From a virus, in the IMG/VR virus record IMGVR_UViG_3300045988_168372, positions 1-37,054 of that record: 37,054 nt of DNA. One strand, written 5' to 3'. The notes beneath the pieces were generated by a model. It was not told the origin of the DNA. It did not search any database and saw only the letters and a program-made list of their open reading frames with translations. The position numbers and the translations under genes are program-made. Positions 14,876-24,269 of this stretch are shown in pieces (positions within the stretch are counted from its first letter, which is position 1; each line of letters begins with the position of its first letter).

Positions 14876-16108
14876 TTGAGATTCTTTAGAAGAAACAAGG
14901 AAGTTGTTAAAGAAGAGGATTTAGCTAAAGATTTATTTTTGCAAGGTTCATCTAGTGATACTGTAATTGGAAGAAGTGAAGCTTTAAAGATACCTTCTAT
15001 TTCATCTGGAGTTAATTTAATAAGTGATATTATTGCTAGTTTAGAAATTAAATTATATAAAGATGAAGGTGGAAATATTGAAGAGGTAAAAGATGATATT
15101 AGAACTAAGCTTTTAAATGATGAGACTGGAGATATTTTAACTGGTTTTGAAATGAAAAAAGCTATGGTAGAGGATTACCTACTTGATGGGAACGGATATG
15201 TTTATATCAATAAGAAGGGGAATAATGTGGCTTCACTTCACTATGTAAAAGCTAATGATGTATCTGTTAATGAAGGACAAGATCCTATCTTCAAAGAAAA
15301 TGTTATTGTTGTAGCTGGTGAAGAGTATAAGCATTATGAGTTTATAACACTAAATAGAAAGAGTAAAAATGGTTCTGAAGGTATTGGAATAATACAAGAA
15401 AGTAATTTGATACTTTCTACAATGTATAATGCTTTAGAATTTGAAAATTCACAAGTTAAAACTGGTGGAATTAAAAAGGGTGTTATTAAAAGCGTGAAAA
15501 AATTATCTCAAGAGGCTTTAGATAAGCTTAAGGAGAGTTGGAATAAGCTTTATGGAAAACATTCAAAGGAAACATGTGTAATACTTAATGATGGATTAGA
15601 CTATAAAGAGCTACAACAAACATCAGTAGAAATGCAATTAATAGAAAATAAAAAAATAAATTCAGCGGATGGATATAGATTGTTAAATATACCATCAGGT
15701 TTATTTGATAATCCAAGTGAGAAAATTGAAAATCAGTTTATAAAAGGAGCTATAAATCCTATAATAACAAATCTACAATCTGCTTTAAATAAAAGTCTTA
15801 TTCTTGAAAAAGAAAAAGGGAAATTATTTTTTGCAGTTGATACTAAGGATTTAAACCGAGGAGATATAGAGAAAAGATATAGAGCTTATGAAATTGGACT
15901 TAAAAATGGTTTTATATTAACAAACGAAGTCAGATATTTAGAGGATTTACCTGAAATAGCTGACTTTAATTATTTGAGAATGAATTTAGGTGAGGTTTTA
16001 TATGACGTTAAAAACAAAACTATTTTCACACCAAATACTGGTCAAACTCATAAATCAGATGATTTGAAAGGGGGTGAATTAAATGAGAGTGGAAATAAGG
16101 AACAATAG
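14876..16108 (+). CDS. Portal protein (HK97-type)
   Basis: 410 aa, immediately after terL and before the prohead protease. TTG start with RBS agaggaggtga. Confidence 0.8.
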   Translation: MRFFRRNKEVVKEEDLAKDLFLQGSSSDTVIGRSEALKIPSISSGVNLISDIIASLEIKLYKDEGGNIEEVKDDIRTKLLNDETGDILTGFEMKKAMVEDYLLDGNGYVYINKKGNNVASLHYVKANDVSVNEGQDPIFKENVIVVAGEEYKHYEFITLNRKSKNGSEGIGIIQESNLILSTMYNALEFENSQVKTGGIKKGVIKSVKKLSQEALDKLKESWNKLYGKHSKETCVILNDGLDYKELQQTSVEMQLIENKKINSADGYRLLNIPSGLFDNPSEKIENQFIKGAINPIITNLQSALNKSLILEKEKGKLFFAVDTKDLNRGDIEKRYRAYEIGLKNGFILTNEVRYLEDLPEIADFNYLRMNLGEVLYDVKNKTIFTPNTGQTHKSDDLKGGELNESGNKEQ

Positions 16109-16667
16109 CATTATCATAGACGGTTATGTTAATGCAGTTGCTAGAGATAGTAGGCTTATTCCAGATGTAAAAGGCAGTTTTAGAGAACAAATAGTACCTA
16201 AAGCCTTTCAAAGAGCATTAGAAAAAGCAGAAAATGTAGATATTCTTCTTAATCATGATAAAAATAGAAAGTTAGGAAGTACTACAGAAGGAAATTTAGA
16301 GCTTTTTGAGGATAACATTGGATTAAGAGCTATAGCTACAATAACTGATGCAGAAGTTATTGAAAAAGCTAAAAGGAATGAACTAAGAGGATGGTCATTT
16401 GGATTTTACTCAGTAAAAGACAGATGGGAAGACATCGAGGAAGGTGTTCAGCGTAGATACGTTGAAGATTTAGAGTTAACAGAAGTATCTATTGTTGATA
16501 ATACAAAGGTTCCTGCTTATAGTGCTACTTCAATAGAGACTAGGGCAAATGAAGAGGTGTTAACTGAAACAAGGGCATTAGATTCAGTTGTTAAAATAGC
16601 AGATAATACTAATAAAGTTGATAACTCTAAATACAAAGAAGAAATTAAAAGTTTAAAAAGAAAATAG
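16083..16667 (+). CDS. HK97-family prohead maturation protease
   Basis: Motifs LLNHD and GWSFGF. Position between the portal and capsid genes. Confidence 0.8.
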   Translation: MRVEIRNNSIIIDGYVNAVARDSRLIPDVKGSFREQIVPKAFQRALEKAENVDILLNHDKNRKLGSTTEGNLELFEDNIGLRAIATITDAEVIEKAKRNELRGWSFGFYSVKDRWEDIEEGVQRRYVEDLELTEVSIVDNTKVPAYSATSIETRANEEVLTETRALDSVVKIADNTNKVDNSKYKEEIKSLKRK

Positions 16668-16681
16668 GAGGCTTAATAAGT

Positions 16682-17851
16682 ATGATAAAAAGAAGACTTG
16701 AGTTAAGAACTATAGTTGAAAAGGGATTAGAGGAAAGAAGAAATGATCTAATAGCTGATATGGAAGCTATTGTTAATAAAGCTGATGAAGAAACAAGAGC
16801 ATTAAGTACAGAGGAAGTTGAAAAGTACAATAATTTAAAGCAAGAAATAGCTGAGATTGATGAAACTTTAAGAATAAAAGAAGAGTCAAGAACATTAGTT
16901 ACTAGAAAGTCTAAAGAGAATAAAGATAAGAAACAAGAAGAGAGAACTGCTGAAGAAATTCAAGAGGAAGAATTAAGAACTGCGTTAAACACTGGAACAC
17001 AAAATCAAGGTGGAGTAGCTGTAGGAGAAACTTTATCTAAGGATATAATTAAAGAGTTAAAAGATAGATCAGCAGTATATGCGTTCTTTGATGCAACAAG
17101 TGTAAAGGGAGATTATAAAATATTAAAGAAGGCTTCTAGTTGTCAAGCGAGTTGGTTACAAGAGGGAACTACACCAGATACAAGTGATAAAGCTACTGCA
17201 CCAACTTTAGAGAGTGTAATATTAAAGCAGCATAGATTATATAGAGAAAGTGCAATAACTCAGCAAATGTTAAATTCACAAGAAGTTAATTTAACTGCAT
17301 TTTTAAAAGAAGATATAGCAGAAAGTATGGTGGATGCAATTGAAGAAGCAATATTTAAAGGGACTGGTTCAAATCAACCTACTGGATTAATTCAGGGTAT
17401 AACTAAAAAACATACATTAGAAACAAGAGGAAAAATAGGTATTGATGATTTAAAGAAAGCTAAAGCTAAAATAAAAAAATCAGGACTTAAGAAAGCAAAA
17501 TGGTTTATGCATTCAGACACTTTATTAGAATTAGATCTACTAAAAGATGCTGATGGTAGACCTTTATTACAGCCTGATTTAACTAAAGAGTCAGATTATA
17601 CTCTGTTAGGATTACCAGTTGACTGTTCTGATACATTAGCTACCTTAGAAACTTCAGGGGAAAATTGTGTAATAATATTAGCTAATAAAGGTGCTTATCA
17701 TACTAATACCCAAAAGCAAATTGTTATAAATACTTATGATGATTCCACTTATAAGAGAGCTGGACTTATAGGATACGGTTCAGATGTTTATATGGATGGA
17801 AAAACAAAAAATCCTGATGTTGTAGCTGGAATATTTAATCCAGCTTCTTAA
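16682..17851 (+). CDS. Major capsid protein (HK97 fold) with N-terminal scaffold-like delta domain
   Basis: 389 aa. Coiled-coil, charged first ~100 aa followed by a globular domain. Position after the protease. Confidence 0.85.
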   Translation: MIKRRLELRTIVEKGLEERRNDLIADMEAIVNKADEETRALSTEEVEKYNNLKQEIAEIDETLRIKEESRTLVTRKSKENKDKKQEERTAEEIQEEELRTALNTGTQNQGGVAVGETLSKDIIKELKDRSAVYAFFDATSVKGDYKILKKASSCQASWLQEGTTPDTSDKATAPTLESVILKQHRLYRESAITQQMLNSQEVNLTAFLKEDIAESMVDAIEEAIFKGTGSNQPTGLIQGITKKHTLETRGKIGIDDLKKAKAKIKKSGLKKAKWFMHSDTLLELDLLKDADGRPLLQPDLTKESDYTLLGLPVDCSDTLATLETSGENCVIILANKGAYHTNTQKQIVINTYDDSTYKRAGLIGYGSDVYMDGKTKNPDVVAGIFNPAS

Positions 17852-17856
17852 TTTGT

Positions 17857-17878
17857 GGAGGGTAAATTCCCTCCTTTT
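17857..17878 (+). terminator. GC-rich hairpin or attenuator after the capsid gene
   Basis: GGAGGG (17857-17862), taaatt, CCCTCC (17869-17874), tttt. Confidence 0.5.
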
Positions 17879-17894
17879 AATGGAGGTAAATAAT

Positions 17895-18170
17895 TTGTTT
17901 GGATCAAATTTTAGCAAAATTTCACTTGAAGACATAAAAAATTATTTAAATGTTTTTGATGGTGATAGTGATTTATTAATTCAAACTTTTTTAGATAGCT
18001 CAAAAGACTATATAAGAAATCACACAGGACAAAGTGATTCATATTTAGATGAAAAACAAGAGATAGTTGCTGCTTTATATATGCTTGTTGAACAATTTTA
18101 TGATGGCCATAATAATCATGAGAAAAGCATTGAAAATATTTTAAGTTTACACCCTAACAATTTGCTTTAA
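17895..18170 (+). CDS. gp6-like head-tail connector protein
   Basis: I prefer the TTG at 17895 (RBS ggaggt 8 nt upstream), because the track start at 17853 runs through the hairpin. ISLEDIKNYLNV...DSDLLIQTFLDSSKDYIRNHTG is typical of the family. Confidence 0.6.
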   Translation: MFGSNFSKISLEDIKNYLNVFDGDSDLLIQTFLDSSKDYIRNHTGQSDSYLDEKQEIVAALYMLVEQFYDGHNNHEKSIENILSLHPNNLL

Positions 18171-18183
18171 TAGGGAGGAATAA

Positions 18184-18510
18184 ATGAATTGCAGAAGTTA
18201 TAAGCATAAAATAATAATAAAGAGAGCTATTGGAGTTAAAAAAAATGATGATGGTTTACCAATTCCAGATTATAAAGAAATTTTAACTTGTAGAGCTAGA
18301 ATATCTAACACCAGTGGTAAAGAAATAAATTTTGCTGATGGTGAAGGTTCTGTTATAACTACTAGGTTTTATATTAGGTATATAAGAGATTTAAATTTAA
18401 CTAATAAGGATATTTTAATATACAATGGCAAAGAATTTAATATTGTTTATTGTAGTAATATTAAAGAAGAAAATAAAGAGTATGAAATTGTAGGTGAATA
18501 TAATGGCTAG
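18184..18510 (+). CDS. Head closure / head-tail adaptor protein
   Basis: 108 aa. Synteny in an HK97/SPP1-like head-tail joining cluster. Confidence 0.5.
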   Translation: MNCRSYKHKIIIKRAIGVKKNDDGLPIPDYKEILTCRARISNTSGKEINFADGEGSVITTRFYIRYIRDLNLTNKDILIYNGKEFNIVYCSNIKEENKEYEIVGEYNG

Positions 18511-18904
18511 TGGATTTAATGATTTATATAAAACATTAGATGCGTTAGGGAATGTTGGTAAAAAAGCAAGTAAAAAAATACTTACTGAACAAGCTAAAAA
18601 AGTTTTAGATCAACAAAAGGTTGATGCACCTAAAAATTCTGAAAACTCATATAGATACTTAGAAGCAGGAAAAGTTAAAAGCAAAGGGAATACAAGTTTT
18701 ATTAAAGTTGGGATAACTAAAGAAAATTGGGATAAATGTAAACAACTTTATTTTCAACATTATGGATATACTTTATGGTTAAATGGTAAGTATTATAATC
18801 CTAATTTTTTATGGATGGACAAAAGTTTTAAAAAAATAGAGAGTAAGATTCTTGATAATATTTATAAAGATTTAGAAAAAGAACTTAATAAAATTTTAAA
18901 TTAA
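18503..18904 (+). CDS. HK97 gp10-like tail-component protein
   Basis: Size and synteny. ATG at 18503 after aggtga. Confidence 0.45.
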   Translation: MASGFNDLYKTLDALGNVGKKASKKILTEQAKKVLDQQKVDAPKNSENSYRYLEAGKVKSKGNTSFIKVGITKENWDKCKQLYFQHYGYTLWLNGKYYNPNFLWMDKSFKKIESKILDNIYKDLEKELNKILN

Positions 18905-18915
18905 AGGAGGTATTT

Positions 18916-19227
18916 ATGAAAGATATTTTTGATAAGTTAGAAAATAGCATTAAAATACCTACTTTTTTTATAAGAAGACCTAGTGGAGCTACTGAATGTA
19001 TTACATATAAATTCAGGCAAGATTCAATTTTAGCAGATGCAAAAGAAGAGTTTACTGATAATGAAGTATTTATAAATCTTATAGTAAAAAATGATATTAC
19101 TAAAAAGATTAAAGAGTTAAAAAAATTCTTAATTGAAAATGGATTTAGAAATATAAAAGTACTAGAAACTATAGAGCAAAAAGATTTATTTGAAACAGTT
19201 ATAACTTGTAATAAATCAATTTATTAA
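18916..19227 (+). CDS. Putative tail terminator/completion protein
   Basis: Synteny only (last small gene before the major tail protein). Confidence 0.3.
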   Translation: MKDIFDKLENSIKIPTFFIRRPSGATECITYKFRQDSILADAKEEFTDNEVFINLIVKNDITKKIKELKKFLIENGFRNIKVLETIEQKDLFETVITCNKSIY

Positions 19228-19254
19228 CATTTTTATGAACAATATGTTTTAGTA

Positions 19255-19283
19255 TTGATAAGTAAATTGCTTTTACATATAGT
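19255..19283 (+). promoter_or_regulatory. Promoter of the moron
   Basis: TTGATA (19255-19260), 17 nt, TATAGT (19278-19283). Confidence 0.5.
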
Positions 19284-19319
19284 ATAAACATAGAGTTGTT
19301 AATGAGGAGATTAATCTAT

Positions 19320-19652
19320 ATGTTAAATTTTATAAGTAGAAGATGCCCGAAATGTGGTCATTTTAAAGGGTGGAGGAAGTTAATTTGGAAACAAATAGGA
19401 AAGAGATTACTTATTTGTTGTGGTTTGATAGTTGCTTCAATGCTTTTATTTGCACCATTAACTATGTTTAATATGTTTTTGGGAGTTTTAGATGGCTTGT
19501 TTTTTGTAGGCTTAGTTATAGTTACACCATTTTATACTGTTGGAGTAGGTAAAAATGATAAATATATATATTATCAATGTAATACTTGTAAGTATAAATG
19601 GAAAGAAAAGAATTGGAAAAACAAAGAAATTCAAGAGAGTTACCAGAAGTAA
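19320..19652 (+). CDS. Moron: two-TM membrane protein flanked by CxxC zinc-ribbon halves
   Basis: CPKCGH ... two hydrophobic helices ... CNTCKYKW. ATG at 19320 with RBS aggag. Has its own promoter and terminator inside the structural operon. Confidence 0.6.
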   Translation: MLNFISRRCPKCGHFKGWRKLIWKQIGKRLLICCGLIVASMLLFAPLTMFNMFLGVLDGLFFVGLVIVTPFYTVGVGKNDKYIYYQCNTCKYKWKEKNWKNKEIQESYQK

Positions 19653-19686
19653 AAGATAGTTTTTAATTAAAAACTATCTTTTTTTA
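19651..19686 (+). terminator. Intrinsic terminator of the moron
   Basis: Perfect 12-bp palindromic stem AAGATAGTTTTT / AAAAACTATCTT (19653-19680), then a T-run. Confidence 0.75.
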
Positions 19687-19713
19687 TTATATAAAATAAG
19701 GAGTGGGCTTAAT

Positions 19714-20277
19714 ATGGCAAGAGAATTAGGTATAAGAAAAGTAACATTTTTCCCATCAACTGGCGATAATCAATATGGTTCGCCTATACCTTTAGAATGG
19801 GCTGTAAACTTAGAAACTAAGAACAATTATAAAGAAAAAGAATATAAGGGAGATATGAAAATAGAACGATCTACAAAGGTATTGGAAAGTGTAGATATTA
19901 CTTTAGGAGTATCTTCAAATTTACCACCTAAGGTAGAAAGTCAAATAACTGGTGCAGAGTATAGTCATTGCATGAAGATAACTAAAACATCTACTATACC
20001 AGTTTCTGGAGCGTTAGCTTATGAAATTGTTATGGATGATTCTACGGTTAGAAGAAGATGTCTAAAATATTGTTCATTAGCTAAAGATGAACAAAAAAAT
20101 GATGTTGATTCGGAAGGGGAAGTATTTACTTTTAGTGGTAAAGCAATTTCAGATTCTCTTGATAATGTTGATATTTTAATGGATCAAAAAGAAGTTGAGG
20201 CAGCAAGTGGGGATAGTGAAGCTAAAACAGCTTGGGATAATTTTTTCACAAAAGTTCCAACTGCAAACCAGGAATAA
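19714..20277 (+). CDS. Major tail protein
   Basis: 187 aa, directly upstream of the G/G-T chaperone pair, followed by a terminator. Confidence 0.7.
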   Translation: MARELGIRKVTFFPSTGDNQYGSPIPLEWAVNLETKNNYKEKEYKGDMKIERSTKVLESVDITLGVSSNLPPKVESQITGAEYSHCMKITKTSTIPVSGALAYEIVMDDSTVRRRCLKYCSLAKDEQKNDVDSEGEVFTFSGKAISDSLDNVDILMDQKEVEAASGDSEAKTAWDNFFTKVPTANQE

Positions 20278-20289
20278 TTTTTACTATTA

Positions 20290-20323
20290 AAAGAGTGTCT
20301 TTTTAGATACTCTTTTATTTTTT
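20290..20323 (+). terminator. Intrinsic terminator or attenuator after the major tail gene
   Basis: Stem AGAGTGTCT / AGATACTCT (one G-U pair), loop tttt, T-rich tail. Confidence 0.6.
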
Positions 20324-20351
20324 AACAATTTACCATAAAGGAGGCTTTAAA

Positions 20352-20696
20352 ATGGCACATGTAATTAATGTAGGAAAACAAAAAAGAGTTGAATTAGTTT
20401 TAAATGGAGAAGAATGTTATATGTCTTTAGATATAAAGTCAATTCAACATTTCCAATCAAATGCAAAAATGGGGCTTTTAAAAGCATTAAATAAAATAGA
20501 AAAAGAACAAGATATGGACCTTATTTATAATTTAATCCTTAGTACAGTTAAGAGTAAAAAAACAGGTGCCATATTAGGTAAAAGAAAGCTCGGACAATAC
20601 GATGATTTTGACCTTATAACTGCATTAGGAAATCCACTAATGGAGTTAACTGGAAGGTCTATGCCAACTGCGGATGGTGAAGAAGAAAAAAAGTAG
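20352..20696 (+). CDS. Tail assembly chaperone (G-like)
   Basis: 114 aa between the major tail and tape measure genes. Ends just after the slippery site. Confidence 0.7.
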   Translation: MAHVINVGKQKRVELVLNGEECYMSLDIKSIQHFQSNAKMGLLKALNKIEKEQDMDLIYNLILSTVKSKKTGAILGKRKLGQYDDFDLITALGNPLMELTGRSMPTADGEEEKK

Positions 20697-20905
20697 ATGA
20701 TGATGGCTATATAGATATAGACCATCTATATTATTTAGCAAGTACTGTTTTAAAGTGGAATGATATTGATATTTGGGAAACTGATTTAAATTTTCTATTT
20801 AAACAATTAGATATACATGTCAAATACAACAAGGTAGATAATAAAAAATCTAATAAGGTTGTTAATACTGAAGGAGATACAAAGAAATATAAAGTTTTAG
20901 ATTAA
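20352..20905 (+). CDS. Tail assembly chaperone -1 frameshift product (G-T-like)
   Basis: Slippery heptamer A_AAA_AAG at 20687-20693. The -1 frame stays open from 20693 (VDDDGYIDIDHLYYLAS...) to TAA at 20903-20905. Confidence 0.65.
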
Positions 20906-20921
20906 ATGGAGGATGTAAGGT

Positions 20922-23549
20922 ATGGCTGAAAAGCAATTGGTAGTAGATTTAGCCTTGAAAAATTCTGGTTTTGATAAGCAATTAAAATCAATTACATCTG
21001 AAATGAAACTTTTGGAAAGTAATTTTAAGAAAGCAGAAGCAGGTAGCGATGATTTTTCTAATAGCTTAGAAGGTCAGAAAGCTAAATTAGATTTACTTGA
21101 AGGTCAATATGGCTTACTACAAAAGAAAATAAATGTTTATAATCAACAGCTCGAAAAGGCTAAAGAAACCCTTGATAAAAGTACAACAGGTTATATTAAA
21201 GCGGAAGAAAAGCTAAAGGGACTTAAAGAAGAACTTATAAAAGCAGAAAATGAGTTTGGTAAAAGCAGTAAAGAAGTTACAGAGCTTAAAGAAAAAATCA
21301 AGGATGCAGAAAAGGCTTTTGAGACTAAAGCAAATGCGGTTGTAAATGCTAATAATAAACTTATAACAATACAGTCTACAATAAATAAAACTGAAGCAGA
21401 AGCAGGTAAATTACAAAATGAAATAAAGAAGCTCAATAGTGAGATGAATGATATAGAATCTCCTAAAGGATTAGATGATTTTAAAGAAGAGTTAGAAACT
21501 TCAGCTAAAGAAAGTGTTGATTTTGCAGCTAAACTAACTATTGTTGGAGAAGGTATGCAAAATGTAGGTGAAAAAGCTTCTGAAGCTGGAGATGCAATAT
21601 TAAATGGATATGGTGAAGCTATTAAAACTGTAAATGAATTTGATAGTGCTATGAACCAAATTCAAGCTTCTACAATGTTAACTAAAGAAGAAATGGAAGA
21701 AATAGAACCTATAGTTAAAAATGTCTTTGCAGGTAACTATGGAGATAGCTTTGATGATGTAGCTAATGCAGTTGGTTCTATAAACAAATATTTATGGTTA
21801 ACTGGTGAAGAATTACAAAATGCAACAGAAAAAGCATTCTTAATGAGAGATACTTTTGACTATGATATCAATGAAAGTGTAAGAACTGTAAATACATTAA
21901 TGAAAAACTTTGGTGTGAGTTCTGATGAAGCTTTTAATTTAATATCTCAAGGAGCTAAACAAGGACTTGATTTTTCAGATGAGTTACTAGATTCTATCAA
22001 TGAATATTCTCCACAATTTAAAAAGGCTGGTCTTGATGCAGAAGATATGTTTAATATTTTTTATGATGGAACTCAAGCAGGGGCGTGGAATCTAGATAAA
22101 ATTGGTGATGCTGTTAAAGAATTTAATATAAGGCTAACTGATGGTTCAACTGGATCAGCAGAAGCTTTAAAAACACTTGGTTTAAATGCTGATGAAGTAG
22201 CAACTGCCATGACTAATGGTGGAGAAAAGGCTAAAGAAACCTATACTGGAATAATAGAAAAAATAATGAGCATGACTGATAAACAAGAGCAAAACTTAGT
22301 TGGAACAGCTTTATTTGGAACTATGTGGGAAGATTTAAGTCCAGAAGTTATAGGAGCTTTAGGTGAAATAGGAGATAATTTTAATAAAACTATAGATACT
22401 GCTAATGAAATGAATTCTATTAAGTATGATGATTTAGGAAGTGCTTTAGAAAGTCTTAAAAGAAGTACAACAACAAATATTGTGATGCCACTTACTGAAA
22501 GTGTAATGCCAATAATAAATGAACTTATGCCATATATACAAAAGATTATAGATGCTATTTCAAATTGGGTTCAAGAAAATCCAAAACTAGCAGGGACTTT
22601 GGTTATAGTAGTTGGAGTAATTGGAGTTTTATTATCTATTTTAGGTATGGTTGTACCGATTATAGGTAGTATGGCTATTGCAGCAGGTGCTTTAAATATA
22701 GCTATGCTACCACTTACAGGAACAATCTTATTAGTTATTGCTGCTATAGCTGCTTTAATAGCAATAGTTGTATTAGTAATAGCGAAATGGGATGAAATTA
22801 AACAATGTTGGGCTAATTTTTGTGATTGGGCTATTCAAAAGTGGACTCAGTTTAAGGAGTGGATGAGTCAATGCTGGTCTGGTATAAAGCAAAAATGTAG
22901 TGAACTTGCACAAGCTATGGTTGATTGGATAATTCAAAAGTGGAATTCTTTTGTTGATTGGATATTTGGTTGGGGTTCTAGAATTCAATCAAGTGTAAGT
23001 AATATATGGTCTAATATAAAAAATACATGTTCTAACTTAGCACAAGGAGTAGTTGATGGAGTTAGAAATGCATTTTCTAGAGTGTATGATTTTATAACTT
23101 CTCCATTTAAAAGAGCATGGGATTATATATCTGGTATAGGTAGTAAAATAGGTGGAATTATATCTAAAATTAATCCTTTTAACTGGTTTAGTTTAGGGAA
23201 TGAAGGTGATTTAACTCCAGTTCTAGAAGGTAATATAAGTCCTTTAAGCGATATAGCAAAAAGTGGACAATATTATACTATTTCTAATAATGCTAGAAGT
23301 AGTATGATGACTGATTTTATAAGAGCTACTAATAATTTACCTAATGTAAATTCAAAATCTGATATTAATTTAGGTGTGGATTTTGGTCAATTTGGAACTT
23401 TGATAGCACAAGCTATAGTTTCTGGCTTGCAAAACATTACACTAAATGCAGAGATAGTAACAAAGTTGAATAGTAGGGAATTAACAAATCAACTTACTAG
23501 CAGTGTAATTAAAAATGTAGATAAGAATATTTCAAAGAGGAGGTTTTAA
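20922..23549 (+). CDS. Tape measure protein
   Basis: 875 aa. N-terminal coiled coil and a central hydrophobic block (LAGTLVIVVGVIGVLLSILGMVVPIIG...). Canonical position. Confidence 0.85.
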   Translation: MAEKQLVVDLALKNSGFDKQLKSITSEMKLLESNFKKAEAGSDDFSNSLEGQKAKLDLLEGQYGLLQKKINVYNQQLEKAKETLDKSTTGYIKAEEKLKGLKEELIKAENEFGKSSKEVTELKEKIKDAEKAFETKANAVVNANNKLITIQSTINKTEAEAGKLQNEIKKLNSEMNDIESPKGLDDFKEELETSAKESVDFAAKLTIVGEGMQNVGEKASEAGDAILNGYGEAIKTVNEFDSAMNQIQASTMLTKEEMEEIEPIVKNVFAGNYGDSFDDVANAVGSINKYLWLTGEELQNATEKAFLMRDTFDYDINESVRTVNTLMKNFGVSSDEAFNLISQGAKQGLDFSDELLDSINEYSPQFKKAGLDAEDMFNIFYDGTQAGAWNLDKIGDAVKEFNIRLTDGSTGSAEALKTLGLNADEVATAMTNGGEKAKETYTGIIEKIMSMTDKQEQNLVGTALFGTMWEDLSPEVIGALGEIGDNFNKTIDTANEMNSIKYDDLGSALESLKRSTTTNIVMPLTESVMPIINELMPYIQKIIDAISNWVQENPKLAGTLVIVVGVIGVLLSILGMVVPIIGSMAIAAGALNIAMLPLTGTILLVIAAIAALIAIVVLVIAKWDEIKQCWANFCDWAIQKWTQFKEWMSQCWSGIKQKCSELAQAMVDWIIQKWNSFVDWIFGWGSRIQSSVSNIWSNIKNTCSNLAQGVVDGVRNAFSRVYDFITSPFKRAWDYISGIGSKIGGIISKINPFNWFSLGNEGDLTPVLEGNISPLSDIAKSGQYYTISNNARSSMMTDFIRATNNLPNVNSKSDINLGVDFGQFGTLIAQAIVSGLQNITLNAEIVTKLNSRELTNQLTSSVIKNVDKNISKRRF

Positions 23550-23552
23550 GCT

Positions 23553-24251
23553 ATGTTTAATGTAACTTTTAATAATACAGATTGTTTTGATTTAGGTATA
23601 AAAGCTATTGCAAGACATAGCTTACCTATTCCTTCTTTTAAATATAAAGAAGATAAGGCAGAAGGAATAAATGGAGGTTATATAACTGAATATGAAAATG
23701 TTGAAGATATAGAGATAACTATATCTTTTAATTTTCTATATATAAATGATGACGATTTTAATTATAAAAAAAGATTAATTAAAAATTGGTTAAGAAAAGT
23801 AAAGGATAATAAATTATCTTTTAGTGAAGATGAAGATTATTACTATAAAGTAAAAAGATTAGAAGTTAGTAATATTGAAAGAGAAATAGGAGTTGCAGAT
23901 TTTGAAGTTAAATTTATATGTGAAGGATATGAGTATTCTGCATATGGATGCAGAGAAATTAAAATAAATAAAAATTATATTGTTTTTAATACTGGTGTTA
24001 AATCATTTCCTATTTTAAGAGTGGTTGGAGAAGGTAATACAACTATAACTTTTAATGATAAGAGTTTTTCTTTAAATGTTGGGCAAGAAGTTATTGTAGA
24101 TTCTGAGGAAGAACTTTGCTATAAAGATGGAAGAATAGTAACTAATATAATGAGTGGTAAATTTCCTTTTTTAGAGGAAGGGGAAAATATAATAAATTGG
24201 ACTGGAGAAAACATTCAGATTTATCTTAAAACTAATTTGAGAGATTATTAA
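23553..24251 (+). CDS. Distal tail protein (Dit-like)
   Basis: 232 aa, immediately after the tape measure gene. Confidence 0.55.
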   Translation: MFNVTFNNTDCFDLGIKAIARHSLPIPSFKYKEDKAEGINGGYITEYENVEDIEITISFNFLYINDDDFNYKKRLIKNWLRKVKDNKLSFSEDEDYYYKVKRLEVSNIEREIGVADFEVKFICEGYEYSAYGCREIKINKNYIVFNTGVKSFPILRVVGEGNTTITFNDKSFSLNVGQEVIVDSEEELCYKDGRIVTNIMSGKFPFLEEGENIINWTGENIQIYLKTNLRDY

Positions 24252-24269
24252 AAGAAAAGAGGTGAGTAA

